Below are positions 1 through 11,659 of a DNA stretch of 64,000 nt, one piece after another. The notes beneath the pieces are model-generated. The model worked only from the letters and a program-made list of their open reading frames with translations, made no database searches and was not told the DNA's origin. Source of the DNA: Rhizophagus irregularis (taxonomy: Eukaryota); the NCBI RefSeq assembly GCF_026210795.1, contig NC_089432.1:2418001-2482000 (forward strand), written 5' to 3'. The position numbers and the translations under genes were made by a program. Within the stretch, counting starts at the first letter, position 1; each line of letters starts with the position of its first letter.

Positions 1-246
1 TTTATATAAAAAACAAAAAAACGTATTATAACAAAACAATAAACAATCACGTGATCACGTGTTATGATACGGGATGATTGTAAAATTATTTTCTAAAATA
101 TTATCGCCATTTTCAAAATTATGCGATTTTCAAAATAATCAAAAAAAAAAATTCGAATTTGAATTTTGTGTAACATTGTGATCTTATGCATCAAATTTAA
201 AGATTAAAAATATATCGCGTAAAAAATTTTATAGCGTCACGTAAAA

Positions 247-1860
247 ATGTCTTCTATTTCACCAAGAAACTACCAAATTGGAGTTTGTTTTACATGCCAA
301 TTGTGTATGTATTGTGGTTTAGACTTAACATCAAATAACTGTAATTGTGATAAATCCATCAAACCAACCAAAAAAAATCGTACTAAAGAAGTAGCAAATT
401 TTCGAAACTTAACTTACAAGCCAGCCATAGTACATGAAAAAATAAAAAACACTTTATCAAATAGCAATCAAAAATATGGATATAAGCTGGATATAGAACT
501 GCCGTATAACTGTACACTTTGTTCAGCATGTAATAGTCAAATTAACAGAAATGTTAAAGCAGCTGACAAAGAAAAAAAAAATATTATAGTTATTCCTTCT
601 TCACCAACGGATGGTACTTCTCTACCTTCTACACCATTACAAATGGAATTTAAATTGCGCATGTCTATCAAACAAAATAAACAAGTGTTGCCTTTCGTAA
701 TAATTAGTTTTACTTTAGATAATCCAAATTTTATTAATTTTAGAGACAAACTTGAATCATATATTTGTGAACAAGTTGGACTAGTTTATAGAAATGAATA
801 TACTTTAGCATATAAATCACATTCAGAAAGTGGAGCTGGAACACTTTTAGGTAATGAAGAAGCATTTGATGAATTTCTAAAGGATTATCAAAGTATAGTA
901 GCGGGAAATAAGAAAGTAGTAATTATTGTTATACTTAGAGAATTATCAAAAAAACGTTCACATGAGGTATTTATTTTGAAAATAATTATTTGTATATATT
1001 AATTATTCAATTAAATTTTTAATAATATTATAGAATGAAGTTTCAGAACAGGAATCTAATGATGAATCAGAAAATGAAGCTTATCAAAATACCAAATCTA
1101 AAAAACAATTAAAAAAACATATCAAAAAACGTATACCTAAAGAAGCTACTTTAAATGAAAATGAAGCATTAGTTGGATCATATGTGATGAAATTAAATGA
1201 TAAGTATATTTGTGAGATTCAGAATCACAAACGTTGTTTTATTAAAGAAGATCGTCATTTATCTTTAACAAATTTTGCAATTAGTTTATGGGCCAAAGAA
1301 ATTGTGTGTATTTAGTATTGGAATTATCATTATAAATACATTTTTAATAACATTAAATTCGTTTATTATAGGTAAACAAAAATGCAGATTTGGATACTCC
1401 TCCTAATCATGCTATATTTAGTATGATGCATTCAGTAAAGGTAACTAGAAAAGATTCTTCTAATATTGATAATTATCCTCAATCAATGACAGCATATCCT
1501 CAATATTCTCAACAAATGTATTTTCTGTCGCCATTTTCATATAATTATCCTGATTGTGATTATAATATTCAAAGCAGAACTTCAATTTCGCAAATATCAG
1601 ATCATAGCACATCAGTTAATTCACAAATATCAGATCATAGTTCAATAAAAAAAATAGTGCCGAATATGGAAGATTTTCTACAAAATTTGGATCAAGAATT
1701 TGGTGATGGTAAATTTACTTGTTATCTATCTATTTTTGAAGAACAAGAAATTCTTGTTAATCAACTTGCAAGATTATCAGATTCTGAATATATTTTAATG
1801 GATGTAACAATTATTGGACGTAGGCAAATTTTACGTGATGAAGCAAAAAAATATGAATGA
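247..1860 (+). CDS. Three-exon protein (~492 aa): Cys-rich N-terminus, C-terminal SAM-like domain; probable transposon accessory gene
   Basis: Exons 247-966, 1034-1303, 1372-1860 join in frame across GT-AG introns. N-terminal CxxCxxCxxC cluster; C-terminus FLQNL...YLSIFEEQEILVNQLARLSDSEY...IGRRQIL resembles a SAM fold. Confidence 0.7.
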
Positions 1861-2017
1861 TTTTTTGTATATATTTTGTTATAAACTTATAATATAATTT
1901 GATTAATTTCTAATAAATAAAGTTAGCAATATTATAAATAATATATTCTTAATATTTTAATTTGTAATTCTAATAATTATAAACATTATTTACAAAAAAT
2001 AAAAACTATATTTTATT

Positions 2018-3131
2018 TTATATATAAACCGATTTTTCAAAATAATTTTTTGCCATTTCTGGTGTAATTTGAGCTAATGCAACTAAAATTAAATATATTG
2101 GATCAAAATAATCTACAAAATCTCTGTACCTTTTTAACCAAGACTTTAATGCCGAGAAGGCCGTTTCAATAGGATTAAAATCTGGTGAATAGGGAGGCAA
2201 ATAAAGTACTCTACCACCAATTTCTTCTACTGCTGCAACTAAATCATCATTATGATGTATACGTGCATTATCCATAACCAATACACTATGTTTAGCTGGA
2301 TATGGATTCATTTGAGGTAACTTAATTTAAAATAAATAATATTATTAATAAAAAAATTTCAATTAATTTAATTATAAAAATAATATAATAAAATATTTAC
2401 CAATTGTGTTAAAATAAAAGTTTGGAATCTTTCCTTATCACAACTTCCTTCCATAATATCAACAGCAATAAAACCTTCTAAAGACAATGCAGGTAAAATC
2501 GTATAACGCTTTCCTCTAATAAAAACAACACTTTTTTCTGCTCTAGTATTAACAGGAGAGTAACCATATAACCTGGTGAGTGTTCTCTCATCCTTTGAAA
2601 ATTCATCAATAAAAATTAATTGTTCAGCAGTATAATTCATTCCAATATTATACAAATAAACACCACGTAATATCTCACTTCTTTCTTTAGCTGCTTTTTG
2701 TATTTTCTTTCTAGTTATACCGCAAAATTGAAGAGAACGCCATAATGTTGGCACAGAAACTAATTTTCCTGTTCTCTGTTCCATTTCATGTACCAACTCA
2801 TCAAGATACCAATCTATTTTATCTTTAACCAAACTTTTTAACGCCTATAAATTTGTAAACTTTGTTAAATAATTATTATAAAATAATAAATCACAAAAGA
2901 GTAACCATCTAAATTTCTTACCGACATATCTTGTGTTGTAAAAATTTTTCTTCTTCCCACTCTACAAATAAATGGGTCCTTTACACATCCCCAGTTTTTA
3001 AAAATCCTACAGACTTTATTGACAGTAGCCTCGCTAACATACATTCTTTTAGCAATTTCATTTTGTGTAAAGCCTTCAGCCTGACAATAAATAATACGCC
3101 ACCTTAAATCTTCGCTTAAACTTTTTACCAT
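2018..3131 (-). CDS. IS630/Tc1-like DD34E transposase, three exons (~318 aa), apparently intact
   Basis: Exons 3131-2922, 2844-2401, 2320-2018 join in frame. N-terminal HTH, IFIDE, then VMDNARIH and YLPPYSPDFNPIE with 34 residues between D and E. Confidence 0.9.
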
Positions 3132-5048
3132 CTTGGTCTAAAATTGTTTTAGTAAGAATTAGTATACTTGAAAACTTAGACGTGAATAACTAAAATACTT
3201 ACATTTTATAGAGTTTTTTGTGAATTTGCGAAATCCGGTTTAGTAAGGGTTAGTATTTTTGAGAATTCGAAGGAAAAAAATACTCATATAGTTATAAAAC
3301 TTAGACTTTAGTAACTAAAAGTCTTATAGTCTAAAAATATAAAAGGAATTCGCAATATTTGTTTTAAATTTTAAAAGGAGTTCGCAAAAAATTGTGAAAT
3401 TCGTGACATTTTGTAATATATTGTCACGTGATGTAGATCGCATAATTATGAAAACGGCGATAAGTTTAAAAATTCCGTATACATTCCGCATTATTGATTT
3501 TTTCCGTATTTGTATACGGAATCTATAGAAACGTACATAAAATGTATACAAAACGTATCCATTCCATATACAGATTTCTTATAGGAAATGAGTTAGAGTT
3601 ATGAAAGTGTGAAATTTTGTCTATTTTAATATGAAGTTTTATGAATTATAGTGATCGTCAAAAAAATCTCTGATAGTAATTTTTTATATGGTACTTTACC
3701 TATTTTGATTTAATTATTTGATGGTACACCCTAATGAATCATGTAAAAACTTTTTTCTATTTTTATTATATTGTAATACAATTATTAAATAAAATAAAAG
3801 ATATAAAATTAAATTATTTCACACAAAACATTTTTCTTTTTTCCATTCATTGATCATCAAATTCTTTTTCCACTTTCATTTCTTTTTTTGTGAGCCATTT
3901 TCTTTAACAACTTTTCAAAATTTTCCATATTTCCAATTTAATGGCAACCTATTTCTTGTGAAAAAAAAACTTTTTAACTATTTTATCATATTTTTTTGTG
4001 AATTGTTTCATTTTAGCTATATTTCTTTTTTCTCTTTAAAAAAAAGCCAACCCGAAAAAGATAAAGTGAAAAAAAAATAAAATAAATCAAAAAAATCAAC
4101 GTTCTGCTGCGGCTGATAGCTAATCACATGGTGATTGATAATTTCATTAACCGGAATTGGAACGTACACGTTACAGTCATTACACTCGTTACAGTGTCGT
4201 TACACGATTGTCTTTACCACCTCAACAAACCGCAGCACCTTTTGGTGTATTAGGAACAGGTGTAAAATATTCAAATGTAAAGATTTATTTACTGTATACT
4301 GGTAAATGTATTTATTTAATTATTTATTTGTTGTAATATTTTTTTTTTTTAAGAGTAATAACTGATTTATTAATATGATAGAGAACATAAAATAAATTAG
4401 TTTGGAATAAATCCTCCCTTCTTACCCGCCTTCTCCTGTAACTGTATCTAATTATACCTTTTCGTCTCCTAAGAGAAAGAGTAGCGAGTTTCCTCTATTC
4501 TAAAACTAATCTATTACAAAAAGAGAAATAATAGATCTAATTTAACTATTCTAAATAAACTAAGCAAAATCCACGCACTGTCCTTTGTTCTAAATTTCTT
4601 AACTATCTAACGCCTCCCTGACCCAGTTTAAGCGTACTTGAACTTTTTGTCATATATATATATATCACAATCGTGCAACTTCTTCTTTTTCTAACCTTTT
4701 CTTTCCTTCCTTAATAATTACTTATTTATAACCGGATGATTATTTGTCTCACTTTCCAACAAGAAAAAAAAAAGAAATAATAACATATATAAGAAATAAA
4801 AATGAATTTAACACTATTGTAACAAATAAATGGTTAACGAAGCGTGTTCGGCAAGATTAAACGACGTTCCACAGAAAAAAATTGAAGAAACCACAGTGGA
4901 AATAAATAAATGTGAATTCAATAATAATATAATCGTAAAAATGATCAATTATCAAAACAACAAAATTTTTAGAATGTCGTTGAAATTATTAATGAGAGAT
5001 ATAAATATTGGTGGCAATAATTTATAGGTTAATGAATGTTCTTTTTTG

Positions 5049-5189
5049 AGAATTGCTAAATATCACCTATGGTGATCGTCACTTCACCAGAATTAGGATA
5101 GAATTTTGGGCAGAATTAAAAATGCCATGAAACTCTGCCCGCTAATGCTGGTGCGGTAAGAATCACCTGCGGTGAGATTTAGCAATGCC
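5049..5189. mobile_element. Degenerate MITE upstream of gene A
   Basis: ~28-bp imperfect TIRs (attgctaaatatcacc / ggtgagatttagcaat); both flanks read (c/t)ttttttg. Confidence 0.5.
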
Positions 5190-5796
5190 TTTTTTTGTGG
5201 AAATAAAATATTACTAATTTTATTCGTAACTTTGTACAAAAAATTTTACTCATATGAAGATTGTAGACAATATTATAATTATAGGTAAGATCTTTTATTT
5301 TAAACTACCCCAATTAGTAATTAAGAAATTAGTAAACAAAATTTATTGTTGAAAGATTAACTTATAATTTTACCATTGTGATGCATTCTTGCGAAATAAA
5401 AAATAAATTTTTTAAATTATTTATTAAATTAGTTTAAATAAAGTTAATTTCATTGAAAGATTAAACAGTAAACATCGAAGTTTGATGAAAAATTAGATGA
5501 TGATAATAAACAAAAAAATACTTTTTTCAATTTTTGAAAAGCATAAATTTAAATTCCGGAGTAATAATTTTTTCTATACCCAACAATGTCTAATAGCACC
5601 GAACTTATTAGTAATTCAAATGATTTAAATAAATGGATTGAAGAAGCAATTTCTAAAAAATTTTTTAAATATTATGAATTTAAACAATTTCATAATATTC
5701 AAGAAATTGGTTCTGGTGGTTTTGGAAAAGTTTATCGTGCAAATTGAAAGAATTCTCATAAGCGTTATGCAATAAAAACTTTTTTTAATATCAACG

Positions 5797-7721
5797 CCCT
5801 ACAAAAAATTTTTATTCGGTACACTCCGATTTTTTTCTGAATATTTCGAAATGTCCCGAATATTACTGAAAATATTCCGATTATGTTGTGAATGTTGTTT
5901 TAGTCAAATTTTAGGAATTTAACATAACTGAAAATTTCTAGAAATATTCCGAAAAATAATCCAGTTTTATATTTAATTTGAAAATACTCCAGAAAGCAAT
6001 TTCATGTAGATCACTTAATAAATCAGTTAAATTACATAGTGGACGCGTTTAAAAATATATGTATAAGTATAAAAAACGCGTTTTAATTTAGTCAAAAAAA
6101 ATAAGCTCGCAATGAATGATCATTGAAGTATGAAAGTATAGATAAAAACGTATTTTTGCTTTTTAGAACTTAAATCTTATCATTTTTTTAAAAAAATTAC
6201 TATTACAAAATACTTATAAAATATTCAAAAAAATAAATATTAAATAATAACAATACAATAAGTAATATTATTTGAATAGTAGTTCAAGGATAAAGATTTA
6301 ATGAAATTTTTAATTATTCTGAATTTACACATAAATACTAGCGAACCAAAAGTTCTGCTATAATGATATCCAACAAACCCCTTCTGCGCCAACTCCAACT
6401 CTACTGTTATATCATCAAATACTCCTACAAGAATTATTAACACATCGGTAATTAAATACAAAAATATTTCAAAAATAATATTAGTGATATTAATAATAAT
6501 TGTTAGTTTCCACATGTTTCAGTATACAAAATCCTATTACCAAAGAAGAATGGAAACAATGGAAAAAAATGAAACAACCAAAAGAAGACTGGGAAGATTT
6601 TCTCCATTTATCGTATGATACATATTGGATTTATCAGGCAAGTATAATTTAACAATTTTATATAAATTTAACAATATTTTCTAACGAAGAATTTGTAAAT
6701 TGCAGAAATTGCAGAGAAACTTCGGGTAAAATTCAAAATGTCATTAATAATTTAAGTTATATATTTATATCTTCCATATTCTTAAACCTAATTAACTTTT
6801 CTAAACTATTATTTAGTTTAAAAATGATTTTCCAACATTTCCTGTTTCAGTGGGAGACTTTATTTTGCAAAAATGACTGTAATATCGTTGGAAATTGGGT
6901 AATATTTAGTATGTTATTATTATGTACAATTTTAACCTGATATTAATATAAATTTTATAGCTGAGACTGAATGCAAGAAAAAAGTTAAATAAGTTCATTA
7001 CGAGGTATGATCCACCTCCCAACGAAAATGTATCACTCTCTCTTATCCAAAACTCAAGAAAACAAGTCCAAATTCACAAACACCAAATCATTATCAAGTA
7101 TTGATATTAATGTCAAATTGTCCTCACCTGAAGTTATTAAGAAATCTGCATCAACTCCTTCTAAAACAATTATTGAAGCATCTTCAATCACTGAAAGAAT
7201 GAACTGGTGTTTAATTAGTATCTTCACAAATACAAGATGATTCAAGAAATTCTGGTATATTTATAATTTTTGTTAGTGATTACAATATTTATAATATTAC
7301 AATTTATAATTTGGTAAATATAAGAGGCAATAAAAGTTTAACTAGAATAACGAAATCAAGTTCAACAAAAGAAAAAAACAGCTAATAACCAAATTACTAC
7401 TTGAAAAAATCATAAGAAAGCTAAAAAATAGAATAAGTACTTTCAGATAATAGCTGAAAAATATGAATAAAAGAACCTGTAAATCTGTAATATTCAATAA
7501 ATTTTTCTGGATACTTTCGGATAATATATATTGTAAAATATCTGATAATATTCCGTTTACATTCATAAAATTTACTGAGCAATTTCGGGTGAAATCTGTA
7601 ATTATCATTCCGAAAAATGATCACTTTCTGTAGTAAAATCGGATAATAAAAATCGGAAAATTTTCGGAATACATAAACCAGATAAAAATCAGAATACATC
7701 CAAAAAAAATTTTTTATAGGG
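5797..7721. mobile_element. Non-autonomous CCCTA-type CACTA element inside exon 1 of gene A
   Basis: TIR ccctacaaaaaattttt / aaaaatttttttataggg; kinase sequence resumes directly after it; aac(g) is duplicated with a 1-nt ambiguity. Internal remnant FKNDFPTFPVSVGDFI is homologous to the accessory gene at 43730-45086. Confidence 0.85.
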
Positions 7722-9965
7722 TAACGATTCTACAGTTAAAGTGATAGTTCGTGAGGTAATTATAATATTAAACATTTTTTCATTAAAATTATTGTAAATA
7801 TGTAAAGATTGTTAATGTAATAATTTATTTATTAACTAGATTCAACTTCAACGTGAAGTTGATTTTCATGATAATATTATTCGTTTTTATGGTGTCACAA
7901 CTTCTATTAAGAATATGGTAAATTCTATTATTATTTATTTTATAAGATACAATAATTAATTGGTTAATAAAATTTTTCTTTTTTTTAGAAAATCAAAGAA
8001 AAGAATATTCATTGGTAATAGAATATGCTGAAAATGGTACCCTCCGAAAATATTTGAAAGAAAATTTTAAAAATCTCAGTTGTGACAATAAATTTGATCT
8101 TGCATTTCAATTGGTTATGCAGTATCATGTTTGCATGATGAAGGGATCATGCACCGTGATTTGGTAAATATTTTACAATTTATTATGTGCTCTATTTCAA
8201 TGATTCTCTTATTTTAACGTTAATTTAATATTAATAGCACTCTAATAACGTGTTAGTCCATCAGAAAACTATTAAGCTAGCAGATTTTGGTTTATCAAAA
8301 AGAATTGAGGAAATATCCAACTCCCAATCAAAAACATTTGGATTAATTCCTTATACTGATTTAAAAAGTTTTGACAGAAGTACAACAGAATTTTATTTAT
8401 TAAATAAAAAAAGCGATGTTTACAGCGTTGGTGTTTTATTATGGAAAATATCCAGTTGTAAGCCTCCTTTTCATGGTAAACCATATGATGTTGGTTTGGC
8501 TATAAGTATTTTACAAGGCCTTAGAGAGACACCTATTCATGATACTCTCGAAGAATATATAAAAATTTATATGGTAAATACAATTTAGACCATAACTACC
8601 ATAACTTATATATAATATTATTTTAATTAATTAAAGACGTTCTTTTTTTTGTAGATTGTTGGAATACTGAACCTGATAATCGTCCAACTATTAATCAAGT
8701 TGTTGATGAATTAAAAGTACTCATAACAAAAGTAAACATTATTATAAAAGATTTTCACTTACTATATAATGATACCAATAATGTCCAATCATTAAATAAC
8801 CATCAACTGCCTAATTTAAATATTTCTGAAAGTACTAATTCATCACATGGAGAATTATCTCAAGTTATTCAAAATTTTAATATGATGAATACAAAAGATA
8901 TTGAATCTTCAATATCATCAATTAACAAATTTGAGGATAATTTTAATATAATATTTAATAATATGTTCAATTTTTTTTATGATGATGATGAAGTAGCAAA
9001 GCAAAAGGTCTTAAGTTATCTTAATGAACAAAATATAACTTTGCAAAAGATTAATAATTTATTATTAAATAACCAAAATAACTCAAATACTATTTACTTA
9101 CTTGGAAAGTTTAATCATTTAGGAATTGGGATTAGTGTTGATGAGCAAAAAGCATTTGATTTATATCAAAAAGCAGCAAATTTAGGAAATTCATTAGGAA
9201 TAAATGATTTAGGGTGTTGTTATCATTGTGGAATTGGAACTGATATTGAAAAAAAAGGCATTTGAATTGTATCAAAAGGCAGCAGAATTAGGAAATTCAA
9301 TTGGAATATAAATTTAGGAGGTTGTTATGAAAAAGGAATTGGAACTGATATTGATTATCAAAAAGCATTTGAATTATATCAAAAAGCAGCAAATTTAGGA
9401 TATTCATCTGGAATAAATAATTTAGGACATTGCTATCAAAATGGAATTGGAACTGATATTGATAAGGAAAAAGCATTTAAATTATATCAAAATGCAGCTG
9501 AATTAGGAGATTCATCTGGAATAAATAATTTAGGATATTGTTATCAAATTGGAATTGGAACTGATATTGACAAGAAAAAAGCATTTGAATTATATCAAAG
9601 GGCTGCAGATTTAGGAAATTCATCAGGAATATATAATTTAGGACTTTGTTATAGAAATGGAATTGGAACTGATATTGATAAGAAAAAAGCATTTGAATTA
9701 CATCAAAAGGCTGCAGATTTAGGAGATTCATTTGGAGTAAATAGTTTAGGATATTGTTATCTAAATGGAATTGGAACTTATATTGATAAGGAAAAGGCAT
9801 TTAAATTATATCAAAAGGCAGCAGATTTAGGAAATTCATTTGGAATAAATAATTTAGGAAATTTGTATCAATATGGAATTGGAACTGATATTGATAAGAA
9901 AAAAGATTTGAATTATATCAAAAAGCTGCAGATTTAGGAAACAGTTTAGCTCAATATAACCTTGC

Positions 9966-10612
9966 TAGAGTTCCAAACAGGTCGACCAAATTCAGGTAAC
10001 CTGACAGGTTGATCTGAATTTATCAGGTCAGGTTTAGCAATTGCAATTCAGCATCAGTTCAGGTTGAATGACCTGTTGACTTGAAACTATGATTTTATAT
10101 AATAAGTGAATTATGGTATTATAATTCACTTTTTATATTGATTTTATATAATAAAAGTGAGTTGCGATTGGGATTCACTTTTTTATATTGATTTTATATA
10201 ATAAAAGTTAGTTGCGATTTTAGAATTCACTTTTTATATCGATTTTATATAATAAAAGCGAGTTGCGATATTAGAATTCACTTTTTTATATCGATTTTAT
10301 ATATAAAAAGTGGATTGCGGTACCGGAATTCACTTTTTTATATCAATTTTATATATAAAAAGTGAATTGCGGTATCAGAATTCACTTTTTTATATTGTTT
10401 TTATATTTAAAAAGTTAGTTGCGGTATTGCGATTCACCTTTTTATATGATTTTAATATAAAAAACTGAATCGCAATATTTCAAAAAAAATGTTTTGCACC
10501 ATTTTTTTTTGATATTTTAATAAAAATCCTGAAATTTTCAGGTTTCAGTTCAGGTCAGGTCAAACAGATAATTTGATATAACCTGACCTGACCTGACCCA
10601 TTCGGAACTCTA
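9966..10612. mobile_element. hAT-type MITE in the last SEL1 repeat of gene A
   Basis: Perfect 8-bp TSD aaccttgc; TIR tagagttcc / ggaactcta; subterminal acctg repeats; internal ~60-bp palindromic tandem units. Confidence 0.9.
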
Positions 10613-11103
10613 AACCTTGCTATGATGTATGAGGATGAAGAGGAAATTGTTAAAAATATAAATGAAGCAATTTATTGGTACAAAAAATCAGCTGAACAAG
10701 GAAACCAAAATGCTCATAATAAATTGGAGGAACTTAAAAATAGGGAAATAGAAAATAATTCATGTAAAATAAATTAATATTTGTTTGTTCAACTATTTTA
10801 AATTTTTAATACTACTATTATAGTTATATTTTTCATACATTTTCAGATCTTTAATACTACTTGCTAATTGTTTTATAATAAAATTCATTCTAATAAATTT
10901 GTTAAATTTTGTTGAATATAATAAACAAGAAATTGGGTTGATTTTTAGAGAAAATATCTGATGTTTTATATATTAAAAAACCTATTTTCATTAGATTTTA
11001 TATAAAATTGCATTAAAATTTGGTATCATATTAAGGTTTACAGAAAAAATAGGCTATTTTTAAATTTAATTTAAAGAATTAAATAAAAAGAATTTTTCTA
11101 ACT

Positions 11104-11220
11104 ATTACCGGAGTGATGATTACCGGTGTCTGAAATTATGACGATCGACCAGCATTAAAAAAATATAGTGCCGGTAAAAATTGATAATTCTGGCCAACGG
11201 TGATGATCGCCCCCGGTGAT
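11104..11220. repeat. Degenerate inverted-repeat element (MITE relic)
   Basis: attaccggagtgatgattaccgg... pairs imperfectly with ...cggtgatgatcgccccggtgat over ~35 bp. Confidence 0.4.
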
Positions 11221-11659
11221 TTGAAGATAAAAATAGTACTTAAAATGGATATATAACTTTAAATTTGAAAATTCTGATATGTAGTAACTAATATCTGATT
11301 TATGAAATACAGTTGTCCCCTCTATAGTCATCCTCTATATAATCACTCCTCCACTTTAGTTACGCTATCATTTAGTCCCAACCTTTTTAAATAGAAAATA
11401 CCCTCTTCATAATCACAGATATATTATAAAATATAATCATACCAATTATAAGGCCTGATATTATAGTAGATATAAGAAATTTGCCCCTTATATAATCACA
11501 GTAAAAATTTCCCTCCTATATAATCACTATAATCACATGTTAAATGGTATTGTGCGACTATGATGATCCTATAGATATAACGTGCCTATAATGTGCAGTT
11601 TGTGCATTTTGCGCAGTTCTTGCATTTTACGCAGTTTTGTGTATTTTCTTTATATAAAA

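Larger units (their letters stand above)
1..3586. mobile_element. Right part of a two-gene DNA transposon with a CCCTA-family-like right end; left end lies outside the window
   Basis: Ends ...gatttcttatagga. The reverse complement of 3468-3490 (gcggaatgtatacggaattttt) matches the subterminal gcggaatttatacggaaatttt of the CACTA element at ~43193-43214. Confidence 0.5.
5586..10777 (+). pseudogene. Gene A: TKL kinase + ~9 SEL1 repeats, disrupted
   Basis: GSGGFGKV, HRDL|HSNN, KLADFG, SDVYS motifs across introns. TGA at ~5745, frameshifts, insertions at 5797-7721 and 9966-10612. C-terminus reads ...NNSCKIN*. Confidence 0.9.

Noticed and set aside
4332..4669. Possible solo LTR (tgtaatat...atatcaca)
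   Set aside because: Flanks tttgt/atcgt are not a convincing TSD and there is no second copy in the window.
9100..9960. 108-bp periodic repeats as a CRISPR-like array
   Set aside because: Protein-coding 36-aa repeats with no unique spacers; eukaryotic context. The same applies to the 58- and 60-bp arrays inside transposons.
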